Shown: positions 11,048-22,813 of the stretch, in pieces
Numbering within the stretch: the stretch's first letter is position 1
Layout of the letters: each line of letters begins with the position of its first letter
NCBI RefSeq assembly: GCF_006345805.1
Contig: NC_043007.1
Coordinates: forward strand, 66,960,001-67,024,000
Direction: 5' to 3'
From: Octopus sinensis
Taxonomy: Eukaryota
Length of the DNA stretch: 64,000 bases
Notes under the pieces: model-generated
Told to the model about the DNA's origin: nothing
The model's input: only the letters and a program-made list of their open reading frames with translations
The model's database searches: none
Made by a program: the position numbers and the translations under genes

Positions 11048-13109
11048 ATTTTCCTAGACATACAATGACCAAAGAAAAAGATGGGATGGTCATGGTATAA
11101 ATATCTTTAATCAGAGTTCTTCTCAGAGTTGACTTCCTGAGAATCAACAGCAACAGCTATGAACATCAACAATAGCAACAACAATCACAGCATCATTTTA
11201 ACATCCACTTTTCTAAGCTTGCATGGGTCAAACAGAATTCTGTGATGAAAATTTTCTACAGCCAGATGCTCTTCCTGTTGCCAACCCTCACTTCTAGTCA
11301 ATCAATGTCATATGAATGAAACTGGGTGAATGGAAAATGATCAGAAGGCCATCACACAGACTGTACTCATCCATGGCTGAGACAGTTAATTAGTTCAACC
11401 AATTTAACACCAGTATCTAACTCTTGGGTACATTTAGCATAGTTCTCTTGACTGCAAGTCTAAGGACCAAAACTTCAGTGTGAGTGTAACTCCAATATCT
11501 TTAGGCATGTTGTCATAAGTCGTAATTTATTTCCCACTTTCCTACCACCAATCTAGAAAACCCTTGGTACTGCACTTCCTCCAGTACCATCTCAAGGCAT
11601 GCGCACACTAAGCAAATTCCCAGGAGTGCCAGAGGTTCAGGAGACCCCAATGCTAATCAATGTAGGGTATGATTGTGTATTTAGGGGCACTAATGCACTG
11701 CATTGCCCAGGTGCCTATAATACTGTGTGACAGCCAATAATGACAGCCCTACCTTCATTTTCCAACTAAGCCAGTGATTATCAAACAGTGCACTGAAGTG
11801 CATTGGTATCCTGAAGTGCACTGGTGCACCACAAAGAACATCTTTGTGTGTCATGGATTTTTTAAAATATAATTTAAGGCATGGCTGTATGGTTAAAAAG
11901 TTTGATTCAAAACCACATAGCAGTTTTTTGGTCAGCAGTCTATACTTTAGCCACAAGTTGACCAATACCTTGTAAGTGAAAATGGTAGAAAGGAACTAGA
12001 GCAGCCTTTATAGATATGAATGTATGTGTGGTATTGTACATATTTAGTGAACGAGTTCATATTTCCCCCCTTATCTTCATCTATGTTCACTGACTGTAAA
12101 CAATTATTCCATTGTAGACACAGCTGTGTCCTCTGCTTGCAGTCAAACATGAAAGCATGTTCAGATTTCTCGACATGTCTTGACATGTTGCACAATCTCT
12201 GTAAACAAAAGGTTCATTTAAACAGTACCATTTGTTTCCAGTTCACCGGAGAAGTGGATGCTAAGACAATGTTGACAATGATAGATTTAAGACTTCAGAA
12301 AATCAATACTAATGTTCAAATGATTTGAAAAACCATATTATTCATACTGTTTGTTTGTTTTTGTTTTGTTTTTCCTAAAGAGAAATATGATTTATAAAAC
12401 AAGGTAATGATATAATTTTCTCAAGGTTTTCCTAAATATTCAATTATAGAACTTTTTATTAAACTTTGCATGCAAAGTGTGCAAGTAATTCGGGTTTTTT
12501 TTGTTGTTGTTTTTTGATCTCCAGTGAGCCACAAATTCCAAAACATAAAATGAAAATTTTTAGGCTAAATCTTTAAATTATTTTTTTCAAGTTCCAAGAC
12601 CAAGTGAGCCAAAAGTATTAACAAGCACAATGTGAAACAAAGCTATTAAAGACGCCAAAAGCAAAAAGATACATCAGAAACCAAAATGACCCATCTGAAG
12701 ACTTTCTTTGAAGTTGAGTAATGATAATCACATAGATACAAAGACACACACTTCTAAGACATACGAGGGCTCTTCTTGTTTATCAACCATCCCCCATTTA
12801 TATATGCAGACATGCACAAAAAATGAGGAAGAATAACATAGGAGTGAAAGAAAGAGAAAAGAAAAGAAAAAACAACAACCAGTAATGTAAAAGAACTGAA
12901 AAGAAAGCAAAGCCATTCTCCAACTAAGCAATCAAAAATTCATTCAAAATTATCAAAACAAAAATTTCTCTCTTTCTATGTGTGTGTGGGTGTGGGTGTG
13001 TGTGTTTGTGTGTGTATGAGAGAGAGAGAGAGAGAGATGACAGTGAGCAAGGCAATACTTTGAAGTTAGTGTCATCCTCTTCCTTGTAAGAATTATCTTA
13101 TACATATAC

Positions 13110-13680
13110 ATATATAGGTGCAGGTATGGCTGTGTGGTAAGAAGATTGCTTCCCAACCACATGTTTCCAGGTTCAGTCTCACTGTGTGGCACCTTGGTCA
13201 AGTGGGTTGTTTTTTACTATAGCCTTGGGCTGACCAAAGCCTTGTCATTGGATTTGGTAGACAGAAACTGAAAAAAAGCCTGCCATATATTTATATTTCC
13301 TTTTACTTGTACCAGTCATTTGACTGTGGCCATACTGGATCAATGCCTTGAAGGGTTTTAGTCAAACAAAATGACACCAGGACTTATTTTTTTTAGGCCT
13401 GGTACTTATTCTATCAGTCACTTTTGTCAAACTGCTAAGTTACAGGCACATAAACACACCAAAACCAGTTGTCAAGTAATCGTAGGGGACAAACGAAAAA
13501 ACCAAAGACACACACACATAGCTATATACATATATACAACAGGCTTCCTTCAGTTTTCGTCTACCAAATCCACTCACAAGGCTTTGGTTGGCCCAAAGAC
13601 ACTTGCCCAAAGTGCCACGCAGTAGGACTGAACTCAGAACCATGTAGTTGGGAAACAAGCTTCTTACTACACAACCATAT
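13110..13680. mobile_element. Two CORE-like SINE copies (+ 5' half 13110-13280; - full 13295-13680)
   Basis: family 1 diagnostic motifs in opposite orientations. Confidence 0.7.
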
Positions 13681-13799
13681 ATATATATATATATATATAT
13701 ATATCAATGAATATCAGTGCATGTATATGTATACACACATTTAAATATGTATATATATATATATATATCATTTATGATTATGAGTGTTGGGTAATGATC

Positions 13800-14100
13800 A
13801 AAACAGTACAACTACAAACACAAGTGGCTGAAATGGGGCTCCTGTGAAGGATCTCTGGAGAAAAGTTACTCAACAGGGTGTGTAGCTTGGAAATCAGGGA
13901 ATTTTTCTAGGTCAAGTAGCTACAGATTTTTCAAGCCAAGACAACCAGCAGAAGACCTAGAGACAAACCAAGAACGACAAGACAGGATAGTTTCATTTAG
14001 TCATGCTTGGGAATCCAACCAGAAAGTCTAATGATGGTTGCTTCTAATAGGACCCTATGGAGGAAGATACTTCAAGACTCTACTTCCATGACTTGCCCAG
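13800..14100 (+). pseudogene. RTE-clade LINE 3' coding remnant
   Basis: decayed frames resemble xAEMGFLRRISG...RPxGRPRTRW...DRxxWR of the RTE ORF C-terminus. Confidence 0.5.
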
Positions 14101-14109
14101 AAAAGAAGG

Positions 14110-14389
14110 ATGAAAATGAACCCCCACCAACTACTTAATCTGTGCACACCTTTCAATGCCATGTATGCTATAAGGTATGCAAATCTAATGGAGGACTCAA
14201 AAGACATTTTAAAATCCACAAAGATCATAATTTAACTGCAGTTCTTGGTGGTCCAAATCAGATACGCATCTTACGTGGATGTCTTTTTAATATATTGCCT
14301 GGTTTAAAAAGCCACATCAGATGCTATGATGCATCTAAGGTGTAAATACAAATGGTGGTCAGACTCTGCATAAGGAGTAGACAACCACC

Positions 14390-14390
<1 letters not shown>
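14110..14390 (+). pseudogene. RTE-like LINE 3' end with C2H2 zinc finger(s)
   Basis: FQCHVCYKVCKSNGGLKRHFKIH, then degenerate ...GLKSHIR, stop, short 3' UTR ending at (TA)n. Confidence 0.55.
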
Positions 14391-14421
<31 letters not shown>

Positions 14422-14513
14422 TAGAAAAACATAAATCTGGAGAAGTACACTAAGAAGTAGAGCAGTCTATATATCTTTTTAAATATATATACACACACAC
14501 ACATATATGGCCA

Positions 14514-14848
14514 GTGAAGGCACATGGCTCAGTGGTTAGAGTGTCGAGCTTACGATCGTGAGGTTGTGAGTTCGAATCCCGGACCAGGCTGCATGTTGTG
14601 TTCTTGAGCAAGAAACTGTAATTCATGTTGCTCCAGTTCACTCAGCTGTAGAAATGAGTTGCTACGTCACAGGTGCCAAGCTGTATCAACCTTTGCCTTC
14701 CCTTGGATAACACTGGTGGCATGGAGAGGGAAGGCCGGTATACATGGGTGGCTACTGGTCTTCCATAAACAACTTTGCCTGGACTTGTGTCTGGAAGGGT
14801 AACTTTCTAGGTGCAATCCCATGGTCAGTCATGACCAAAGGGGGTCTC
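14514..14848 (+). mobile_element. tRNA SINE (family 3), full length with ~11-bp TSD
   Basis: gtgaaggcacatggctcagtggttagag head, gagttcgaatccc B box; atatatggcca on both flanks. Confidence 0.85.
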
Positions 14849-14909
14849 AGCATATATATGGCCAAGTGACTTGATGGGTACATGATGTTGACAGGCCACA
14901 AAAATGGTG

Positions 14910-14980
14910 AAACACCCACCACTCCCGAATGGAACTGAAGGTGAGTTACCTTCAATCCCATTTGGGAGTGATGAGCACCT
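14910..14980 (-). ncRNA. Candidate pri-miRNA-like or structured-RNA hairpin
   Basis: 33-bp stem on minus strand, 8 G.U, one A.C mismatch, 5-nt loop. Confidence 0.35.
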
Positions 14981-15348
14981 AAAGATGAGTTACCAAAATG
15001 AGACTGAAGGTGAGCCAACACCTGGTGCTATTGCATCCACCAGAAAATACACAAAACATATACATTAAGTATATGTAATTGATAATCAGTGTGTGTGTAT
15101 AATTATTTGCAGGATTCAACAGAATCAAGATTTTTTTATTCTTTCAACTGGTACTGAGATGTGAGAGTCAATATACATTCTATACTCTTTGTGTGAAAAG
15201 TCCTAAATGTTAAATTTTAATTTAATTTTTAATTCACCTGAAGAAAACAGATTTTTTGCATGATGTAATTGATTTATTCATCAATAAAAAAAATATATCT
15301 GAAACAGCTGTAATCAACCTCAGCCCATTTGTGTTATTTCATATATAT

Positions 15349-15384
<36 letters not shown>

Positions 15385-15529
15385 AATATCTTTAGGGAGA
15401 AAGAGAGAAACAAAAGAGAGAAAGAAATAAAGAGAAAGCCTGAAGAAAAATAAGAGACAAGCCAAAAATCATCAAAGAACAAGAAAGAAATTCCTTTCCA
15501 CAATTTCAAATGTTTTTTCTTTTTTATAG

Positions 15530-15589
15530 CCTACCTGGCAAACAAGAACAGTCAGCATCCGTTTCTATGTTAATTCCACAGCAACACAG
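15530..15589 (+). CDS. Candidate isolated 60-nt internal exon of an unidentified gene
   Basis: acceptor tgttttttcttttttatag| and donor CAG|gtaagc; open in two frames (PTWQTRTVSIRFYVNSTATQ or LPGKQEQSASVSMLIPQQH); non-repetitive context; no homology recognised. Confidence 0.4.
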
Positions 15590-16195
15590 GTAAGCAAGCA
15601 GGAGAATAAACAAGATGTTAGTAAAAGAGTGTTATCTTTAGTTGGCAGTAGATAATAGCAAAACAGGTTTTGTCATCAGTTCTTAAAATTTTTTTTTTAG
15701 TTTCCACTCACTAAAATTTTATATTTTTACACAAGCAAAATGTAGTTGAAATCTCATTTTACATCAATGATGATTATTATACAGGATTTCCAAGAAGCAA
15801 ATCTTGTAACATTGTTTTAGAGAAGAATCCGGTGTTTCAGTTGAATATATCAATAAAAATAAATAAAACAGACAGACCAGCAAAATCACCTTGATAATAC
15901 AACCTTCTGTCTAAAAAAAAAAATGAAAGGATACATTGAACATTTTTTAGACCTGACACAGCCTATCCTTGTCAAGTCTGACCAAAGCTGGTTTCATCTA
16001 AAAGACAGGCAAAAAGGAAGAGAAGAATTGATCCTAGTATATCATTGATAATTTATTATTGATTTCAAAAGGATAAAAAGCAAAGTTGACTTAAGCAGGA
16101 GTTGAACTCAAGAGCATAGAGATCTGGAGCCCTTGCCACAAAGTGATCAATCTGGCACTCTACTGACTCAACCAATTGGCCACTTTCATTTAGTT

Positions 16196-16535
16196 CAGGG
16201 GTTCTCAACCATTTTTTATCAATGGACCCTTTTGATTACTATTTCATTCTGATAGACCTCCCCACTCCCCATAGCCAATCAATGTTTAAAAACTAGTTTT
16301 ATAGAAACTTCTTTTGAAATTCCTATTTTGTTTTTCCACCCATTAACTTGTGTAGGTTGGACAATGTAAAATGTCAGAGAAAAAAAAAACAATCAATTTC
16401 TTGCAATACATACAAATATATTCATCTAAAGCAAATTTTTTTCAGGAACCTTAAAATACCATTGTGGATCCCCAATTTACTATTTTGTAGTATGGACCCC
16501 AAAAATCTCATATGGATCCCAGTTGAGAACTACTG
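16196..16535. mobile_element. hAT-like MITE
   Basis: TIR caggggttctcaacc ... agttgagaactactg. Confidence 0.65.
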
Positions 16536-16643
16536 ATGGACTATACCTGAAGACAAAAAAGTCTTGCATGTTATGAAAAGCTCATATCCCACAACCCAAC
16601 TAAAAATCTCCCAATGCACTCTACATATACAGAGCCCCTAAGA

Positions 16644-16875
16644 CAATGGTTCTAAACCAGGGTCCATATAAGATTTTGTTAAAATTTATCTGCAATAAAT
16701 CAGTTATACTTCTACAATACACAAAATGTTTTAACAATGTTTTTATACAATCCCTAATGATATTTAGTTACAAAGATATAACATGACTTTTTAAACATTG
16801 AATAGCTAGGAGGGTCCATCTGAGTAAAATAGAAATCAAAGGGGTCCATAGGTAACAAATGGTTGAAAACCACTG
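16644..16875. mobile_element. hAT-like MITE (related family)
   Basis: TIR caatggttctaaacc ... ggttgaaaaccactg. Confidence 0.6.
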
Positions 16876-17846
16876 CTCAAGAAAATGTGAGATAATTTTC
16901 TTTCAACAGTTGAACTCAAAGTAGATAAGGCTATAAATAAAAGCATATAGATATCTTCTAACCAAAGGGTTATTCAATCCAACATTAACACATTATTTAT
17001 ATAGCTTAAGGTGGTGAGCAAACAGATTCACTAGCATACCAAGCAAAAGGCTTAGCAGTATATCATGAGTTCAAGTTCTGTTGAGGTTGACTTGGCCTTT
17101 AATCTTTTCAGGGTTGATAAAATAAGTACCAGTTAAACACTGGGGTCAATGTGATTGGCTTACCCCTCACCAAAATTGATGGCTTTGTGCCAAAATTTAA
17201 AATCGCTTTTTTATATAGCTTTATCTACTTTGAGTTCAACCATTAAAAATAAATTGCTTGTGTGTGTGTGTGAGAGAGCACAAGCACACATGTTTGTCCT
17301 CCACCCCAGCCCACTACTCAACTATTGGTACCAGTTTGTTTACCCCCCCCCCCATAACTTAGAGTTTGGCAAAATGAGGCCTGTTCCAGACTTAAAAGAG
17401 TAAATATGGTTAATAAAATAAACTAAGCTTTCTGCATCTTGTCCTAAATTTTTAATTCTAAAATAATTTTTGAAAGCTTTCCTTGTGAAGAGCAAAAGCC
17501 ATTTTTTGTTTGGTCTCCAGTGAACCATAAAATCAAATCAAATAGAGAACTGCTGCTTTAATCCTTTAGTTAGCATATTTCTTTGTTTCAGTTAATTTTG
17601 AAAATAACAAAGAATTTAGTGAGAGAACTTTGACATTATTAAATTGATGTTTGAAACATAAAATTAACATGAAATCATGATGGAAGGTTTTAATTTAGTT
17701 CGTTTTTGTAATTGTTTAGCAAAATTGTTGATGGGAATTCATGTGTTGACACAAATTTTGTTGTCTTGAGAGAGTTATTATGCCAATAACACACACACAC
17801 ACACACACAGAGGTTCAGTTTGATTTCTTTGTTGTTAGTCAATTAG

Positions 17847-18250
17847 ATGCAGGCATGACTGTATGGTAAGAAGCTTGCTTCCCAACCACATGGTTCCGAG
17901 TTCAGTCCCACTGTGTTACACCTTTGGCAAGTGTCTACTATAGCCACAGGCCAACCAAAGCTTTGTGAATAGATTTCGCAGATGGTAACTGAAAGAACCC
18001 TGTCGTGTGTGTGTGTGTGCGCGCGCGTGTGTGTGTGTGTATGTGTGAGTGTGATTGTTCCCCATTACCACTTGATAAGTGGTAGCAATGTGTTTACATC
18101 CCTATAACTTAGCAGTTCAGCAAAAAGAAACTAATAGAATAAGTACTAGGCTTCAAAAATAAGTCCTAGGGTCAATTTGTTCAACTAAAACCCTTCAAGG
18201 CAGTGCCCCAGCATGAAAACAGTCAAATGACTGAAACAAGTAAAAGATAA
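17847..18250 (+). mobile_element. CORE-like SINE (family 1), full length
   Basis: head, CORE-like box, (TG)n, tail. Confidence 0.8.
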
Positions 18251-18260
18251 AAAAAACACT

Positions 18261-18461
18261 AACTAATCAATCATTTGCTTACTGTTGCTCGTTAAACAAT
18301 CAATCAATCAATCAATTGTTTGTTAACCAAAATTCTGTTTGCGACATTTTCAGTAACTTAGTGACTTCCTCTTTGTGGAGAGGAAGTTATTAACTCACTG
18401 AAAAGATAACAAATGGCAATTGATTGTTTAACTAGTACATTGAACAAACGATCAATTAGTT
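18261..18461. mobile_element. Palindromic (foldback) MITE-like element
   Basis: centre cttcctct-ttgtgg-agaggaag, with imperfect inverted arms extending about 100 bp each side. Confidence 0.55.
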
Positions 18462-18621
18462 AATTGATAAGATATTTCACAAATTGACCAACAGAAAAGA
18501 AGTGAAACTGAACCTGTGTGTGAGTTATTATCACTGGCACGGTGACTCTCCCAAGACAGCAACAAAGTTTTAATTTGGATCATATTAAAACAGGAAATTT
18601 GTATCATATATATTCCTTTAC

Positions 18622-18765
18622 TGCCCACAAGGGGCTAAACATAGAGGGGATAAACAAGGACAGACAAAGGGATTAAGTCGATTAGATCGCCCCCCCCCCC
18701 CAGTGCATAACTGGTAGTTTATTGACTCTGAAAGGATGAAAGGCAAACTCAACCTCGGAAATCAA
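18622..18765 (-). mobile_element. Family 2 SINE, long-tail variant B, 5'-truncated
   Basis: reverse complement ends tgtctgtccttgtttatcccctctatgtttagccccttgtgggcagtaaagg. Confidence 0.7.
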
Positions 18766-19057
18766 GCAGGTTGTATTGAAATGGTTAATGCTTCTGATGC
18801 AACCACTCCATCTACATTCTGAACTCCAATCTCTTTGGTTGTGGTTGGGCAAGGTTGGGTGGGGGTTTGGGGAGGTGGTACAAATTACTTTAATGTTTAT
18901 CCTCTTTCTCTCTAAGGTGGATAGAATACAGAATTAGTTAACAGTAGTTTACTGGTATTGATTCCATTGACTATATCCCCCCACGCAAACACACACTTTT
19001 TCCCCTTCTCCACATCGTATGCTTTGTATCTGATCAAAAGAAATCGATAGTAACCAG

Positions 19058-19102
<45 letters not shown>

Positions 19103-19900
19103 CACACTCAACAACCAGTGTTAAAAAAAAAAAATCAGCAAAGCAAAGCAAAATGGCAGCTGTAAGGAAAAAAAGGCAGGAGAGGAAGAAAGATGAATGG
19201 ATGAAAGGGTGTGATGGAAATATAGATAGGCTAGGGCCTTTGATCTAATTATACACCCCCTCCCTCCCCCTCTTCATCATCTTTTGTTTTGTTTTGTTTT
19301 TTATTGCCTCTCTCTGTGTGATTGTGTATGGTATGTATTTCTCTGTTGCACTGGCAAGAGGGGGGGAGTAAGGAGTAGATAGTTCACTGAGGGCATGTGA
19401 ACTCATTAAACTTTCTCTCCCTCTTTCATTGCAGAAGGAGAGAGAGAGAGAGAGAGAGAGGGGAGAGAGAATGTGGGACTTATACTTGTCCCCCCCCCAT
19501 CACCACACTCTGCTGCCAGCACCAACTGGAATGTGGAAAATCTAGAGCTAAGGAAGAGCTTCTATATAGTCAGTCACAAGAACTAGAAATAGCAGCCAAA
19601 TCTCCCTCTGTACTAACAGAGACAGAAAGAACTGGACATAGACAGAATGTGGGGTTTGTGCTTGCAGAGAACCACCACAAGAGAAATACAAAAGATCTGA
19701 AACCAATAAAGGAGCCAATGTAGTTGTTTAACCTGCTGGAAATAGCAGCTAAATCTCCTTCTAATAACACTTTTTTGTCTTTAAAACAAAGGACATGATG
19801 TGGCCTAAGGTTGGAATAGTCAAGAATGGAATGCTTTTGATTAAATATAGATCTACTCTATAGGATGGAACTGGGGCTAAACAATTACAACAACAACATA

Positions 19901-20284
19901 TAGGCACAGGAGTGGCTGTGTGGTAAGTAGCTTGCTCACCAACCACATGGTTCCGGGTTCAGTCCCACTGCATGGGCAAGTGTTTTTTTACTATAGCCTC
20001 GGACTGACCAAAGCCTTGTGAGTGGATTTGGTAGAATGGAAACTGAAAGAAACCCATCATATGTGTATATATGTGTGTGTGTGTGTGTGTATTCCGCCCC
20101 CCCAACATCGCTTGATAACCGATGTTTGTGTGTTTATGTCCCCGTAACTTAACGGTTCGGCAAAAGATCCCAATAGAATAAGTACTAAGCTTACAAAGAA
20201 TAAGTCCTGGGTTTGATTTGCTCGACTAAAGGCGGTGCTCCGGCATGGCCGCAGTCAAATGACTGAAACAAGTAAAAGAATAAA
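19901..20284 (+). mobile_element. CORE-like SINE (family 1), full length, young
   Basis: taggcacaggagtggctgtgtggtaagtagc...gactgaaacaagtaaaagaataaa. Confidence 0.85.
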
Positions 20285-20469
20285 GGTCTTCATAACATCA
20301 AGAGGTCTTCCCCAGAGTGAGAACCATCTCAACAGTGGCAAAAGCTTAGCCATTTGTCACTGGAACCCTTAATTCATTCTTAACACTTTACTTACTTTCC
20401 TAGCACCTGCTCCTGCCAGGATCCCAATCTGTCAGCCCCATTGGCATGGCAATACCTACCGAGCCACTT

Positions 20470-20920
20470 TCACTATCATCGCCATTACTGGCAACACTAC
20501 TATTACTACCACAACTATCACAATCCACCACCACTGCTGCTGCTGCCACCACCACAACCACTGCTGCTACCACTGCTAATATCACCGATTTTCTTTCCCC
20601 CCCTACCACTATAACTACTATTACTATCATCCTCACACCATCACCACTGCAGCCATAACATAACACAATACTCATCACCATCATTGCAGCCATCAACACC
20701 AACACCACCACAACTATCAATACCATCATTATTGCTACCACTACTGCAACCACCACCACCACCACCACTACAACCACCACCCCTCTGCCTTCATTAGCAC
20801 CAACACCATTATGTTACACCACCATCTCTGCCATCATCACAACCACCAACACCACTTCCATCACCGCCACCAACACCACTTCCATCACCGCCACCACCAC
20901 CATCATCATCATCACTACTG
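20470..20920. repeat. Degenerate (ACC/ACT/ATC)n low-complexity tract
   Basis: direct inspection. Confidence 0.8.
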
Positions 20921-21579
20921 TGAACTCTGTGTCAACATGGAGACATATTCCTGTGACAGGTTCCATCCAATATAGCATCCATTCATCCATCCGTCCAGCC
21001 ATCCATTCTCTCTTCAGACCCTTCCTGTCCCCCAGCTCAAACCCTGGGACTGAACCAGATGTTGGCAACAAGCCTAATCCTTCCATATCTCCACCCCACA
21101 ACCACCTCATCATCATAACAACCCCACCAGATACTGTTGTTATCCCAACCTCCACCCCAAACGGTAACTTTTCTTTCAGGGTGGCAGTGAATGAATGAAT
21201 CAATCAATGAATAGCACAGGGGCAGGGGAGATGATGACAATGACGACGAGGAATATAGAGAACCTAAGTGAGAAGAGAAATGTAAGAGTGAGGGATCAAC
21301 ATTGTGGTTATATACAATAGAAGTTGATCTGAAGGAAATTTAGCTGTTATTTCTAGCAAGACAAGCATAGAAAATTCCTTATGGTGGTGGTGGTGGCAGC
21401 AGCTTAGGGTCATTTGAGTGGAGTGAAAGGAAGATGTATGTAAGTAAAATACAGACCCCTTAATAGCTGGTGGGGGAGACTTGAACAGTGTGTTCCTTAG
21501 AAAGAACAGCCATGTAAAGAACAAGGTTAGCAGGAAAAGATTGACAAAACTACTTCACCCTTTTTTTTTTGTGGATTTT

Positions 21580-21950
21580 TCTAACCCTTTAGCCTTCAAA
21601 CTACTCTGTCAAATGTTGTTATATTTCTGGATGGCCATTTTTTTTTATCTTGTGAAATAAACACATGCACTATATATTTGCTCTTCACTTGTTTATTATC
21701 ATCGTTCTTATGATTATGACTACTGTCTGGAAATCTTTAATCACACACCTGTGACCTCTTCAGCAGCTCTCCATCTCACATGTCTCCTATTGTTTTGAAT
21801 TAATCATCCATTATCTCGTACCTTCAGGATTTGAATGTGATTAATAATGCTTTTATTTTTAGAATGACATTGTCGAGTAAGTGTGAGAGGCTCAACCTGG
21901 TCAGTTTTAACATAAAACTGGTGGGATATTCAGGCCAGATAAAGAACTAA
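21580..21950 (-). mobile_element. piggyBac-like MITE interrupted by a Penelope-type hammerhead-bearing fragment (about 21670-21795)
   Basis: ctaaccctttagc start and MITE internal motifs flank a segment homologous to 51505-51620. Confidence 0.5.
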
Positions 21951-22121
21951 ACAACATCAGGGGTCTTACCCTCCCATCAAATGGTAACTACCATCATAGG
22001 AAGATGAGATTTTCAGAGTAGGCATACCTTAACTTACGTTAGTAATTGGTTTAAAGGACAGAGAAAAAAAACATTTTTGAAAATTTATTTGCTTATATCT
22101 GTTTTAATAAATAGTTTATCT

Positions 22122-22597
22122 TCTATCTTTTACTTGTTTCAGTCATTTAACTATGGCAATGTCTCGAAGGGTTTTAGTTAAACAAATCAACCCTAGGACT
22201 TTTTTTTTAACCCTGGTACTTATTCTATTAGTCTCTTTTGCCAAACCAAGGTTACAGATATAAACAAACCAGCATTGTCATCAAGCAGTGGTAGGGAACA
22301 AAAATATGCAAACACACACACACACACATATCAGCAATGTAACTATGTACATGGTGTTGGTGATTTTTTTCCCTTCTTTGGGCTTTTCCATTCCTCCTTT
22401 CCAACAAAAGAGTTATGTTTGAAATGTGTATTGACTATATATAGGACAATTCTTTCAGTTTCCATTTACTAAATCCACTCATGAGGCTTTGGTCAGCTCA
22501 AGGCTATAGCAGAAAACACTTGACCACGATGCCACACAGTGGGACTGAACCCAGAACCATATGGCTGAGAAGCAAGCTTCTTACCACACATGCCTGT
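22122..22597 (-). mobile_element. CORE-like SINE (family 1) with internal insertion
   Basis: family 1 tail and head motifs. Confidence 0.7.
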
Positions 22598-22773
22598 GAT
22601 ACATATTTTCACATGTATTTTCTTTGGTTTTCCACTTCAGTATTGGCTTTTAGATGTTTTCTTAATGATTAACAGGTAGAGAGTGAGGTAGGGAGGGATA
22701 TGGAGAGAAAATAGTTGAAGAGAATGAAGGAAAAGGGAGGTGGTATGAGTGATAGAAACAGTAAATTGTGGAT

Positions 22774-22813
<40 letters not shown>

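Noticed and set aside
14142-14345. Host C2H2 zinc-finger gene
   Set aside because: Single intact finger, no TGEKP linkers, LINE-like 3' end and adjacent RTE remnant; treated as TE-derived.
15655-15685. Minus-strand CTGATGA followed by a 6-bp hairpin (caaaac/gttttg)
   Set aside because: No GAAA after stem II and no stems I/III, so not a hammerhead.
20446-20658. ORF resembling signal peptide plus mucin-like Thr tract
   Set aside because: Derived from (ACC/ACT)n simple repeats; no splice or homology support.
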